DNA of 46,430 nt from contig JAUVHW010000002.1 of the NCBI GenBank assembly GCA_030593075.1, positions 1-46,430 on the forward strand, written 5' to 3'. Positions within the stretch are counted from its first letter, which is position 1. The number at the start of each line of letters is the position of its first letter. Origin of the DNA: Ardenticatenales bacterium (GTDB taxonomy: Bacteria; Chloroflexota; Anaerolineae; Promineifilales; UBA4811). The position numbers were made by a program, and so were the translations under genes. The notes under the pieces are model-generated. The model was not told where the DNA came from. It did no database searches and saw nothing but the letters and a program-made list of their open reading frames with translations. Below, in pieces: positions 28,303 to 36,080 of this stretch.

Positions 28303-29049
28303 TTGGATCAGGAAGAGGTCCGTGAGATGGTGCGGCGCGTCGTGCACCGCACCCTGAATGTACCGTACAGCCCGTCTGCGCAGGCTGCCCGGCCTCTGGT
28401 CACAGAGGCCGATGTGCGGGCAGTGCCGGTGGGCAGCCAGCTCTCGGTCCCCAAGGGGGCACTGGTCACCCCGCTTGCCCGCCAGGTTGCCCTCGAGAGG
28501 AAGGTGTCGCTCAACCAGGAGACGCTGCCTCCGGCGCCCTCTGTCGCTGGTGAACCCTGCTCTGAGCGCCGCCCGGACAGCGGCCGGACCGTCGCTCTAG
28601 GCTCAGATCATGGAGGATACCAGCTCAAGGCGGTGCTGGCGGGCTACTTGGAAGAGCTGGGCTATCCAGTAATAGACTGCGGTACTGACAGCACTGCCTC
28701 GGTAGACTATCCGGATTTTGCCCTTGCCGTGGCGAGGCTGGTGGCTCGGGCGCAGGCCTGGCGCGGCATCGTTGTTGACGGCGCAGGGATTGGCTCCTGC
28801 ATGGCTGCCAACAAGGTGCCTGGAGTGCGCGCCGCCATGTGCTACGACCAGGCGACGGCCGTCAACAGCCGCGAGCACAATGATGCCAACGTGCTGACCC
28901 TGGGTGCTGGCCTGATCGGAGCCAACCTGGCCCGGCAGATTGTTAGAACCTGGCTAGAGACGCCGGCCGGGGGCGAGCGGCACGCGCGGCGCGTGGGCAA
29001 GATCATGGACATCGAGCGCCGTTTCCTCAGAGATGTTTCCAGGGGATAA
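28303..29049 (+). CDS. rpiB: Ribose-5-phosphate isomerase B family enzyme with a ~95-aa N-terminal extension (EP-like helix plus conserved module)
   Basis: Core motifs LGSDHGGYQLK, GAGIGSCMAANKVPGVRAA and REHNDANVLTLGA. Start placed at the TTG at 28303 because the predicted promoter lies inside the longer track ORF (28165) and an RBS precedes 28303. The ATG at 28327 is an alternative. Confidence 0.85.
   Translation: MDQEEVREMVRRVVHRTLNVPYSPSAQAARPLVTEADVRAVPVGSQLSVPKGALVTPLARQVALERKVSLNQETLPPAPSVAGEPCSERRPDSGRTVALGSDHGGYQLKAVLAGYLEELGYPVIDCGTDSTASVDYPDFALAVARLVARAQAWRGIVVDGAGIGSCMAANKVPGVRAAMCYDQATAVNSREHNDANVLTLGAGLIGANLARQIVRTWLETPAGGERHARRVGKIMDIERRFLRDVSRG
28396..28512 (+). other. Conserved N-terminal module (copy 1) shared with the class II aldolase
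   Basis: LVTEADVRAVPVGSQLSVPKGALVTPLARQVALERKVSL. 30 of 39 residues are identical to aldolase residues 11-49. Confidence 0.9.
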
Positions 29050-29052
29050 AGC

Positions 29053-29916
29053 GTGAAGAAACTGGACGAGGCGAGGGTCGAGCGCATCATCGAAGAGGTC
29101 ACAAGGCAGGTGCTGCTCGTGATGGAAGAGACCGAGGCAGGCGCAGACCCGGCCGCTGCAGAGCCTATTTCAGCCCACAACTATGTGGACCGAGTCAAGC
29201 CGGTTGTCAACGCCGGCGCGGACCGCCTGGCCAGCACGCTGGGCATCATGCCCACCGACGGCAGCGTGCGTCACATGATCGATCACACCCTGCTCAAGCC
29301 AGATGCGACGCCCGATCAGGTCGCCCAGCTGTGCTTCGAGGCGCGCAAGCACGGTTTTGCCGCCGTGTGTGTCAACCCGGCTCACGTCGAGCTTTGCAGC
29401 CAGCTCCTCAAAGGCAGTGATGTGCTGGTCTGCACTGTTGTGGGCTTTCCTCTGGGCGCCACCTCTACTGAGGCCAAGGTCTTTGAGGCTCAAAAGGCAA
29501 TTCAGGACGGCGCTGCCGAAGTGGACATGGTGGTCAACGTGGGAGCGCTCAAATCCCGCGACATTGGGCTGGTGGAGCGCGACATCGCCTCCCTGGCCCG
29601 GACTTGCCACGCCGGTAACGCTGTTCTCAAGGTGATCATTGAGGCGGCGCTGCTCACCGACGAGGAAAAAGTCATCGCCTGCCAGCTAGCCAAGGTGGCG
29701 GGTGCCAATTATGTCAAGACTTCTACCGGTTTTGGCCCTGGTGGCGCTACTCCTGAAGATGTTGCGCTCATGCGGCGCGTGGTCGGACCCAGCATGGGAG
29801 TCAAGGCAGCTGGCGGCATTCGGACCTACGAGGACGCAACTAGGATGATCGCAGCGGGCGCCACCAGGATAGGCGCCAGCGCCAGTGTGAGAATCATGCA
29901 GGGGGCGCCGGGCTAG
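29053..29916 (+). CDS. deoC: Deoxyribose-phosphate aldolase with a ~70-aa N-terminal extension (EP-like helix)
   Basis: [27 protein letters not shown] and YVKTSTGF (Schiff-base Lys region). N-terminus [27 protein letters not shown] start 4 nt after the rpiB stop. Confidence 0.9.
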   Translation: MKKLDEARVERIIEEVTRQVLLVMEETEAGADPAAAEPISAHNYVDRVKPVVNAGADRLASTLGIMPTDGSVRHMIDHTLLKPDATPDQVAQLCFEARKHGFAAVCVNPAHVELCSQLLKGSDVLVCTVVGFPLGATSTEAKVFEAQKAIQDGAAEVDMVVNVGALKSRDIGLVERDIASLARTCHAGNAVLKVIIEAALLTDEEKVIACQLAKVAGANYVKTSTGFGPGGATPEDVALMRRVVGPSMGVKAAGGIRTYEDATRMIAAGATRIGASASVRIMQGAPG

Positions 29917-29953
29917 GAGCAGCCGGAACCTCCATTGCCTCAGGAGAGCGCGA

Positions 29954-30592
29954 ATGTCAGTGGACCTGCGTACTTATGTCTTTCTCGACAGTCTGCAGCC
30001 GCAACACGCCGGCTTTCTCGGCACAGTGGCGCGCGGCTTCCTGCCGCTGCCAAATGACACCTCGCTATGGGTGGAGATCTCTCCCGGAATCGAGATCAAC
30101 CGCATCACCGACATTGCCCTCAAGGCGACCCGTGTTCGCCCCGGGATGCAGATTGTGGAGCGGCTGTTTGGCCTGCTGGAGGTGCACCATGAGGAGCAGG
30201 CCGAGGTGCGGGCGGCTGGTGCGGCGATCCTGGAGGCCCTGGGCGTCGAAGAGTCGGACCGCATCAAGCCCCGGGTGGTCTCCAGCCAGGTCATCCGCCA
30301 CGTAGACGCCCATCAGGTGCAGCTGATCAACCGCATGCGGCACGGGCACATGTTGCTGGCAGGACAGACTCTGTATGTTCTGGAGGTCGAACCGGCCGGA
30401 TATGCAGCGCTGGCAGCCAATGAGGCGGAAAAGGCTGCTCGTATCAACATCCTGGAGGTTCGCGCCTTTGGCAGCTTTGGGCGCGTCTACCTGGGCGGTG
30501 AAGAGAGGGATATCATGGCTGGCTATGGCGCGGCCGTGGCTGCCATCGAAGCTGTGAGCGGGCGCATGGTAGAGACCCGGCGCCGCGACTAG
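29954..30592 (+). CDS. BMC-T shell protein, CcmP/CsoS1D-like tandem (permuted) BMC domains
   Basis: [26 protein letters not shown]...[20 protein letters not shown] and [36 protein letters not shown] closely follow the CcmP sequence as I recall it. 212 aa, i.e. two BMC folds. Confidence 0.8.
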   Translation: MSVDLRTYVFLDSLQPQHAGFLGTVARGFLPLPNDTSLWVEISPGIEINRITDIALKATRVRPGMQIVERLFGLLEVHHEEQAEVRAAGAAILEALGVEESDRIKPRVVSSQVIRHVDAHQVQLINRMRHGHMLLAGQTLYVLEVEPAGYAALAANEAEKAARINILEVRAFGSFGRVYLGGEERDIMAGYGAAVAAIEAVSGRMVETRRRD

Positions 30593-30637
30593 TCTTACTG
30601 GAGAACGAGTGCAAACCCCACTTGTCAGGAGGATACC

Positions 30638-30931
30638 ATGACCGATGCACTTGGAATGATCGAGACCAAGAGCTTCCCGGCTATGGTCGAGGCTGCCGAC
30701 GCTATGGTCAAGGCAGCCAAGGTCGAGTTGGTGAGCTACGAAAAGACGGGCGGAGGCCAGGTGACCGCAGTCGTGCGCGGTGACGTGGCGGCCGTCAAGG
30801 CGGCCGTAGAGGCAGGCGCACGCGGAGCCGAGAGGGTTGGAGAGGTAGTTGCCATCCACGTCATCCCGCGGCCGCACGCCAACGTGGACGTGACTCTTCC
30901 GCTGGGCCGCACACCGGCCGAAGGCAAGTAG
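30638..30931 (+). CDS. BMC-H hexameric shell protein (PduA/EutM/CcmK-like)
   Basis: [57 protein letters not shown] is the canonical PF00936 BMC-domain sequence. 97 aa. Confidence 0.95.
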   Translation: MTDALGMIETKSFPAMVEAADAMVKAAKVELVSYEKTGGGQVTAVVRGDVAAVKAAVEAGARGAERVGEVVAIHVIPRPHANVDVTLPLGRTPAEGK

Positions 30932-30983
30932 CCGCCCTCCAGGCGCAAGGGCAGGACCCGACTGCGCGCCGGGGGCGGGAGCG

Positions 30984-31006
30984 ATGCGTGGGTCCTTCCC
31001 ACGCAT
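30984..31006 (+). other. Intra-operon stem-loop directly after the BMC-H gene
   Basis: Perfect 9-bp stem ATGCGTGGG/CCCACGCAT with loop TCCTT, followed by TTTGCCGTTACTT (short, interrupted U tract). Confidence 0.6.
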
Positions 31007-31039
31007 TTGCCGTTACTTGCACCTTGAACGGAGTTCTCT

Positions 31040-31339
31040 ATGCTGCTAGGAAGAGTAGTGGGTACGCTGGTCGCCACCCGCAAAGAGCCGTCGCTGGGGG
31101 GGCTCAAGTTCCTGGTGCTCAAGCAACTCGACATTGAGGGGCAGGAGACAGGCGGCTATCGGGTGGCGGCCGACGCCGTGGGAGCTGGCCTTGGAGAGGT
31201 GGTGCTCTATGCCACCGGCAGCGCCGCGCGCCAGACCAAGCTGACGGACCGCCGACCCTGCGACGCCGTGATCATGGCCATCGTGGACACCGTGGAGGTG
31301 GACGGCGTGGTCAAGTACGAGAAGGCTGAGGCCGATTGA
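31040..31339 (+). CDS. BMC-P pentameric vertex protein (EutN/CcmL family), paralog 1
   Basis: [15 protein letters not shown]...[10 protein letters not shown]...[22 protein letters not shown] is the typical PF03319 pattern. 99 aa. Confidence 0.9.
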   Translation: MLLGRVVGTLVATRKEPSLGGLKFLVLKQLDIEGQETGGYRVAADAVGAGLGEVVLYATGSAARQTKLTDRRPCDAVIMAIVDTVEVDGVVKYEKAEAD

Positions 31340-32811
31340 TGATGGACGATGCCCGCATCGAAGCCATCATCCAGGAGGTGATGGATGAGCTGAACCTGGG
31401 CGACCGGCCGCGGCATGGTCCGTCGCCCCAGCCACTGCGCCCCGCCACGCTCGCTGAGCTTGCGCCTGCCCCCCAGCTGCACCACGGCGACAATCTGTTT
31501 CCGGATGTCGAAAGCGCGGTTGCGGCCGCCCGCCGCGCCTACCTGCAGCTGGCGGACCTTCCGCTGACGTTGCGCGAGCGCATGATCGCCCAGATCCGCC
31601 GCGTGATGCGGGAGAACGCGCAGCTCCTGGCGCACGAAGCCTGGCGCGAGACGGGGATGGGCCGCTACGAGGACAAGATCCAGAAGAACTTGCTCAACGC
31701 CAACAAGGCGCCCGGCACCGAGATCCTGGACCCGACCGCCTGGAGTGGGGACGACGGCCTGACTCTGGTCGAGTACGCACCCTATGGCGTGATTGGGTCG
31801 ATTATCCCCAGCACCAATCCCACCTCCACCGTCATCTGCAATGTCATTTCCATGGTCGCGGCCGGCAACGCCGTGGTATTCAATGCCCACCCAGGCGCGC
31901 GCGGCTGCTCCAACCACACCGTGCAGCTGGTGAACGAGGCCATCGTCCAGGTAGGCGGCCCGCCCAACCTGGTCTGCGCACTGGCCGAACCGACCATAGA
32001 GACCGCCCAGCAGATCATGCGCCACCCCGATGTGGGGTTGCTGGCGGTCACAGGCGGGGCAGCTGTGGTGCAGGCGGCGATGCAGAGCGGTAAACGCGCG
32101 GTCTGCGCCGGCCCGGGCAATCCTCCGGCCGTGGTGGATGAGACGGCCGATCTGCAGCAGGCAGGGCGAGACATCGTGCTGGGTGCCTCCTTTGACAACA
32201 ACGTCATTTGCATCGACGAAAAAGAGATCTTTGCGGTGGACAGCATTGCCGACGATCTGAAGCGGTCCATGTGCAGCAACGGAGCCCTCGAGATCAGCTC
32301 CCGGCAGCTCGATCGCCTCTCCCAGTCGATCTTTGACCAGGTTCCGCCGGCCGGGCAGCATGGCGCCATGAACAAGGCCTTCATAGGCAAGAATGCGAGC
32401 CTACTGCTCCAGGAGATCGGCATTGAGGTCGGGGAGGAGGTACGGCTGATATTGGTGGAAGTAGAGCCGGATCACCCGCTGGTACTGTCGGAGCAGATGA
32501 TGCCCATTGTGCCGCTGGTCCGCGTTCGCGATGCTGACCAGGCCATCGATCTGGCAAAGAAGGCAGAGCATGGTTTTCGGCACACGGCCGTGATGCACTC
32601 CAAGCACCTGGACCATCTGAGCCGCATGGCGCGCGAGATGGATTGCAGCATTTTTGTCAAGAACGCTCCTTCCTATGCTGGCGTTGGATATCGCGGCGAG
32701 GGTTTTTGCTCCTTTACGATTGCCAGCGCCACCGGCGAAGGGCTGACCAACCCTATCAGCTTCAGCCGCATCCGCCGCTGCACTCTTAAGGACTCCTTCA
32801 GGATCGTCTGA
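31339..32811 (+). CDS. CoA-acylating aldehyde dehydrogenase (PduP/EutE-like) with an N-terminal EP-like helix
   Basis: CAGPGNPPAVVDETAD and FDNNVICIDEKE (catalytic Cys context) are typical of BMC-associated acylating AldDH. N-terminus [21 protein letters not shown]. The start overlaps the stop of the preceding gene. ATG at 31339 or 31342. Confidence 0.9.
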   Translation: MMDDARIEAIIQEVMDELNLGDRPRHGPSPQPLRPATLAELAPAPQLHHGDNLFPDVESAVAAARRAYLQLADLPLTLRERMIAQIRRVMRENAQLLAHEAWRETGMGRYEDKIQKNLLNANKAPGTEILDPTAWSGDDGLTLVEYAPYGVIGSIIPSTNPTSTVICNVISMVAAGNAVVFNAHPGARGCSNHTVQLVNEAIVQVGGPPNLVCALAEPTIETAQQIMRHPDVGLLAVTGGAAVVQAAMQSGKRAVCAGPGNPPAVVDETADLQQAGRDIVLGASFDNNVICIDEKEIFAVDSIADDLKRSMCSNGALEISSRQLDRLSQSIFDQVPPAGQHGAMNKAFIGKNASLLLQEIGIEVGEEVRLILVEVEPDHPLVLSEQMMPIVPLVRVRDADQAIDLAKKAEHGFRHTAVMHSKHLDHLSRMAREMDCSIFVKNAPSYAGVGYRGEGFCSFTIASATGEGLTNPISFSRIRRCTLKDSFRIV

Positions 32812-32868
32812 GGGCCCGCGGACGGGTCTGACTCCAGGTTCTGGCACCTGAGCGGGATGTTATGAGAG

Positions 32869-33459
32869 ATGGTTGAGCCAGCGCTGGTACTGGTAGAGCT
32901 GAACAGTATCGCGGCCGGCATCGAGACGGCCGACGCCATGGTCAAGCGCGCGCCGATTGACCTGATCAAGGCTGGCACGGTGCAGCCGGGCAAGTACCTG
33001 GTACTGATTGGGGGGCTAGTGGCTGACGTCGAAGAGTCGCTGGCTGCCGGCCGCCAAGTCGGTGGCCCGGCTGTGGTAGACACCGTCTATCTGCCCCAGG
33101 TGCACCCCGAGGTGGTCGAGGCCGTCGCGGGGGGGCGGGTACCGCAGGCGACCGACGCCGTGGGAGTGATAGAGACGACCACCGTCGCGGCCGCCATCCA
33201 CGCGGCCGACGCAGGTGTCAAGGGGGCCGAGGTACGACTGCTGGAGGTACGGCTGGCGGACGGGCTGGGCGGCAAGGGCATTGTGCTCTTCTCCGGCCTG
33301 GTGGCCGATGTGGAGGCCGCGGTTCGGATCGGTGTCGGGGCGCTGGAGCGGCCAGAGCTCCTGGTGAGGCAGGTGGTCATCCCCCAGCTGCACCCCGAGA
33401 TGTGGGAGAACGTCGCTGACGCCACCCGCTTCCGCAGCCGGGTGATGGGCAACCTATGA
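32869..33459 (+). CDS. BMC-T shell protein, PduT-like tandem BMC domains, cysteine-free
   Basis: LVLVELNSIAAGIETADAMVKRAP...VQPGKYLVLIGG and VGVIETTTVAAAIHAADAGVKGAEV...GKGIVLFSG...IPQLHPEMW parallel PduT. The translation contains no Cys. Confidence 0.85.
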   Translation: MVEPALVLVELNSIAAGIETADAMVKRAPIDLIKAGTVQPGKYLVLIGGLVADVEESLAAGRQVGGPAVVDTVYLPQVHPEVVEAVAGGRVPQATDAVGVIETTTVAAAIHAADAGVKGAEVRLLEVRLADGLGGKGIVLFSGLVADVEAAVRIGVGALERPELLVRQVVIPQLHPEMWENVADATRFRSRVMGNL

Positions 33460-34025
33460 AGCCGATCCTGCTCGACTTCCCCGATTCCTTCGAGACCGAG
33501 CGGCTCACCATCCGTTCGCCCTTGCCGGGCGACGGCACCGAACTGCAGGCGGCCGTGGCCGAGACGCTGGATGACCTGGCCCCCTGGATGCCCTGGGCTG
33601 ACCACCTACCCAGTGTCGACGAGGAGGAAGAGGCGGTGCGCAGGGCGCGCGCTCGCTTCCTGACCCGCGAGGACCTCTGGCTCCTGCTCCTCCTCAAGGA
33701 TAGTAGCACCATCGTTGGGGGGAGCGGACTGCACCGCATAGACTGGGAGGTTCGCCGGTTTGAGATCGGCTTCTGGGCGCGGAGGCGCGTTGCCGGCCAG
33801 GGTTACATCTCGGAGGCCGTCCGCGGCATCACTCGGTTTGCCTTTGAGACGCTCGGTGCCCGTCGGGTCGAGATTCGCTGCGACGAGCGCAACGGGCGGA
33901 GCCGCCGGGTGGCGGAGAGGGCGGGCTTTTCGCTGGAGGCGACTCTTCGCAACCACGCCTTGGCGGCCGACGGCGAGCTGCGCAACACGCTGATCTACGT
34001 CCGGCTGGAATCAGCAGAAGCCTGA
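33456..34025 (+). CDS. GNAT N-acetyltransferase (RimJ/RimL-like, Acetyltransf_3 type)
   Basis: ETERLTIRSP...WLLLLK...IGFWARRRVAGQGYISEAVRGITRFAFETLGARRVEIRCDERNGRSRRVAERAGF follows the RimJ/L pattern. ATGA overlap with the upstream shell gene and TGATG overlap with the downstream one. Confidence 0.8.
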   Translation: MKPILLDFPDSFETERLTIRSPLPGDGTELQAAVAETLDDLAPWMPWADHLPSVDEEEEAVRRARARFLTREDLWLLLLLKDSSTIVGGSGLHRIDWEVRRFEIGFWARRRVAGQGYISEAVRGITRFAFETLGARRVEIRCDERNGRSRRVAERAGFSLEATLRNHALAADGELRNTLIYVRLESAEA

Positions 34026-34351
34026 TGAAGTTCGCGCGCGTTCTAGGCACGGTGGTCGCCACCCGCAAGTACGAAGGGCTTGAGGGGATCAAGTTCCTGG
34101 TGGTGCAGCCCCTCGATAGGGACCTGCATCCGCACGGGGAACCTGTGGTCGCGGCCGACGCCACCGCCCAGGCCGGGCCCGGCGAGTTGGTCTTCATGGT
34201 AGCTAGCCGTGAAGGCGCGCAGGCGCTGCCCGAGGTATTCGTGCCGGTTGACCTGGCGATCACCGGGATTGTGGACGAGGTCGAAGTAGAGCGCGGTGAG
34301 CGCCGGCAGCAGCCCACGGCCGTGTGGCATCCCGTGTCTGAGGGCGACTGA
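34025..34351 (+). CDS. BMC-P vertex protein (EutN/CcmL family), paralog 2
   Basis: MKFARVLGTVVATRKYEGLEGIKFLVVQPLD...AADATAQAGPGELVFMVASREG. 108 aa. Confidence 0.85.
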   Translation: MKFARVLGTVVATRKYEGLEGIKFLVVQPLDRDLHPHGEPVVAADATAQAGPGELVFMVASREGAQALPEVFVPVDLAITGIVDEVEVERGERRQQPTAVWHPVSEGD

Positions 34352-34353
34352 CG

Positions 34354-34626
34354 GTGTACATCGGCAAGGTCATCGGCACGGTCGTCGCCACTATCAAGAT
34401 ATCCCACCTGGACCGTCGCAAGCTGCTCCTGGTGGACCAACTGGACCTGCAGGGGCAGGAGACCGGCTACTATGACATTGCGGTCGACGTGGTGCAGGCC
34501 GGACCCGGCGACACCGTGCTGGTGATCGATGAGGGGAACGGGGCACGCCAAATCCTGGGGCTGGACCCCGGCGCAGTGCGGGCAGTCGTCGTCGGGGTGG
34601 TGGACGAGGTGGCTTTGGGCAGCTAG
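34354..34626 (+). CDS. BMC-P vertex protein (EutN/CcmL family), paralog 3
   Basis: GTG start. MYIGKVIGTVVATIK...LLLVDQLD...AVDVVQAGPGDTVLVIDEGNGARQ. 90 aa. Confidence 0.85.
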   Translation: MYIGKVIGTVVATIKISHLDRRKLLLVDQLDLQGQETGYYDIAVDVVQAGPGDTVLVIDEGNGARQILGLDPGAVRAVVVGVVDEVALGS

Positions 34627-35080
34627 CCCCGAGCAGGCTGCACGTTCCCGCCAGGGGCGGCACGCGCCAGTGCCACGCCGATCCATTTGTACAGAGGCCT
34701 GGCCGGAGAGAAAGCCTGCCGGGTCCTAGCGGGGAGCCGACGCACTGCCAGCCACCCAGATGCGCCTGTGGTGGGCCGGCCAGGCCTTCAAGAAGCCTAC
34801 TCTCGCAGATCTGTGGGTAGCGGTCATGGGAGTTCATCGTGTCAGACCAGTCCTCGGCCGGGCTTCTGGGCTGACGCCTTCCTGGGTGGCAGGTTGGGCT
34901 AGATCCCGAGGTAGCGAGCTGGGAACGCGCACCACGAACTCCCCGCTGTAATCGTCAACCAGGCAGCTGATCATGCTCATCTGTGTCCTGGTCTGCAAAG
35001 CCCTTCCGCGACTGGCCCAGTGAATATGCGCCTGGCGGACCAACCGCGGGGTGCAAGCCGGCAGCGACAGTCACCAAGTC

Positions 35081-35872
35081 TCAGCGCGTGTCTGCCGCCC
35101 GCTGCACCAACTCCAGAAACCCCGGCGTCAGGCTGGCGCCGCCCACCAGCGCGCCGTCTATCTCTGGCATCGCCATGAAAGAGGCAATGTTCTCGGCCGT
35201 TACGCTGCCGCCGTAGAGCACTCGCACTGCCTGGGCCGTCGCCTCCCCGAATGATTCTGCAATAGCCCCTCGTATCGTGAGGCCGATCACGCGGTTTGCC
35301 CCGGCCGGCGTCGATGCCCTGCCCGTGCCGATGGCCCAGATAGGCTCGTAGGCGATCGCGCACTTGCCTACATCCTCGGCCGTCAGGCCCTCCAGCGCGG
35401 CTCTCACTTGGCCTCCGATGAACTGGTGTGTCTCGCCTGCTTGATTCTGCTCCAGGTTCTCGCCCACGCACACGATGGGTGTCAGGTTGTGAGCCAGTGC
35501 GGCATGAACCTTGCGGCTGACCGCGCTGTCGCCTTCCAGGCCCCGAACTGGCTCCGGGGAGGCCACCCGGCCGCTCCGGCGCTCCGAGTGACCCAGGATG
35601 ACGTACTGGCACACACCTGTCAACATGGCGGGCGAGACCTCGCCGGTGTATGCGCCGCAGTCCTCCCAGTGCATCGTCTGTGCGCCCAGGCCGATGCGCG
35701 TGGGCCGCAACACCTCCGCCACCACTGCCAGCACGGTGAAAGGGGGGCACACCACCCGCTCCACTCCCTCGATCTGGCTCAGCGGGTACCGGATGCGACG
35801 CACCAGCGCCAGTGCTTCCTCGACCCGGCCCAGGTTCATCTTCCAGTTGCCGACGATGATGGGTGTTCGCAT
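35081..35872 (-). CDS. tpiA: Triose-phosphate isomerase
   Basis: The ATG at 35872 gives MRTPIIVGNWKMN. GHSERR, AYEPIWAIGTG (catalytic Glu) and YGGSV are present. There is a short insertion after GHSERR. The track ORF start at 35950 adds 26 non-conserved residues. Confidence 0.9.
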   Translation of the reverse strand: MRTPIIVGNWKMNLGRVEEALALVRRIRYPLSQIEGVERVVCPPFTVLAVVAEVLRPTRIGLGAQTMHWEDCGAYTGEVSPAMLTGVCQYVILGHSERRSGRVASPEPVRGLEGDSAVSRKVHAALAHNLTPIVCVGENLEQNQAGETHQFIGGQVRAALEGLTAEDVGKCAIAYEPIWAIGTGRASTPAGANRVIGLTIRGAIAESFGEATAQAVRVLYGGSVTAENIASFMAMPEIDGALVGGASLTPGFLELVQRAADTR

Positions 35873-35996
35873 TCTGTCTGCCAGCGGAACGGCCGTCCGA
35901 CTCCAGCCTGCGGCGGCAGCGTTCCTCTCCAGGCGAGGATTATACGCCATTGCCGGGCCCTGACCAGGAGCGCTTCAGGTGCTGGCGCCAGTTGGG

Positions 35997-36025
35997 TTGC
36001 TCCAAGTTGGGGCGGCTGCTATAAT
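35997..36025 (+). promoter_or_regulatory. Promoter of the class II aldolase gene
   Basis: TTGCTC (35997-36002), a 17-nt spacer, then TATAAT (36020-36025). It sits about 55 nt upstream of the GTG at 36081. Confidence 0.55.
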
Positions 36026-36080
36026 CGCGCTGCCGAGCATGAGCCAGCGTTCAGATCAGATAATGGACCGGAGACTATAG

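Noticed and set aside
31207-32361. Long antisense ORFs across the BMC locus and elsewhere (for example 31207-32361, 30065-31006, 33829-34686, 34977-35750, 36075-37004, 37276-38217, 22062-23360, 5964-6899, 7599-8384, 964-1755, 44037-44969)
   Set aside because: Each lies opposite a gene with unmistakable family motifs and has Arg/Gly/Pro-biased, motif-free translations. Such shadow ORFs are expected from the rarity of stop codons in GC-rich DNA.
35081-35872. TPI as an encapsulated cargo enzyme
   Set aside because: Not supported by the sequence. With the start at 35872 there is no N- or C-terminal extension or EP-like helix. It may be BMC-associated but act outside the shell, or it may simply be the housekeeping tpiA.
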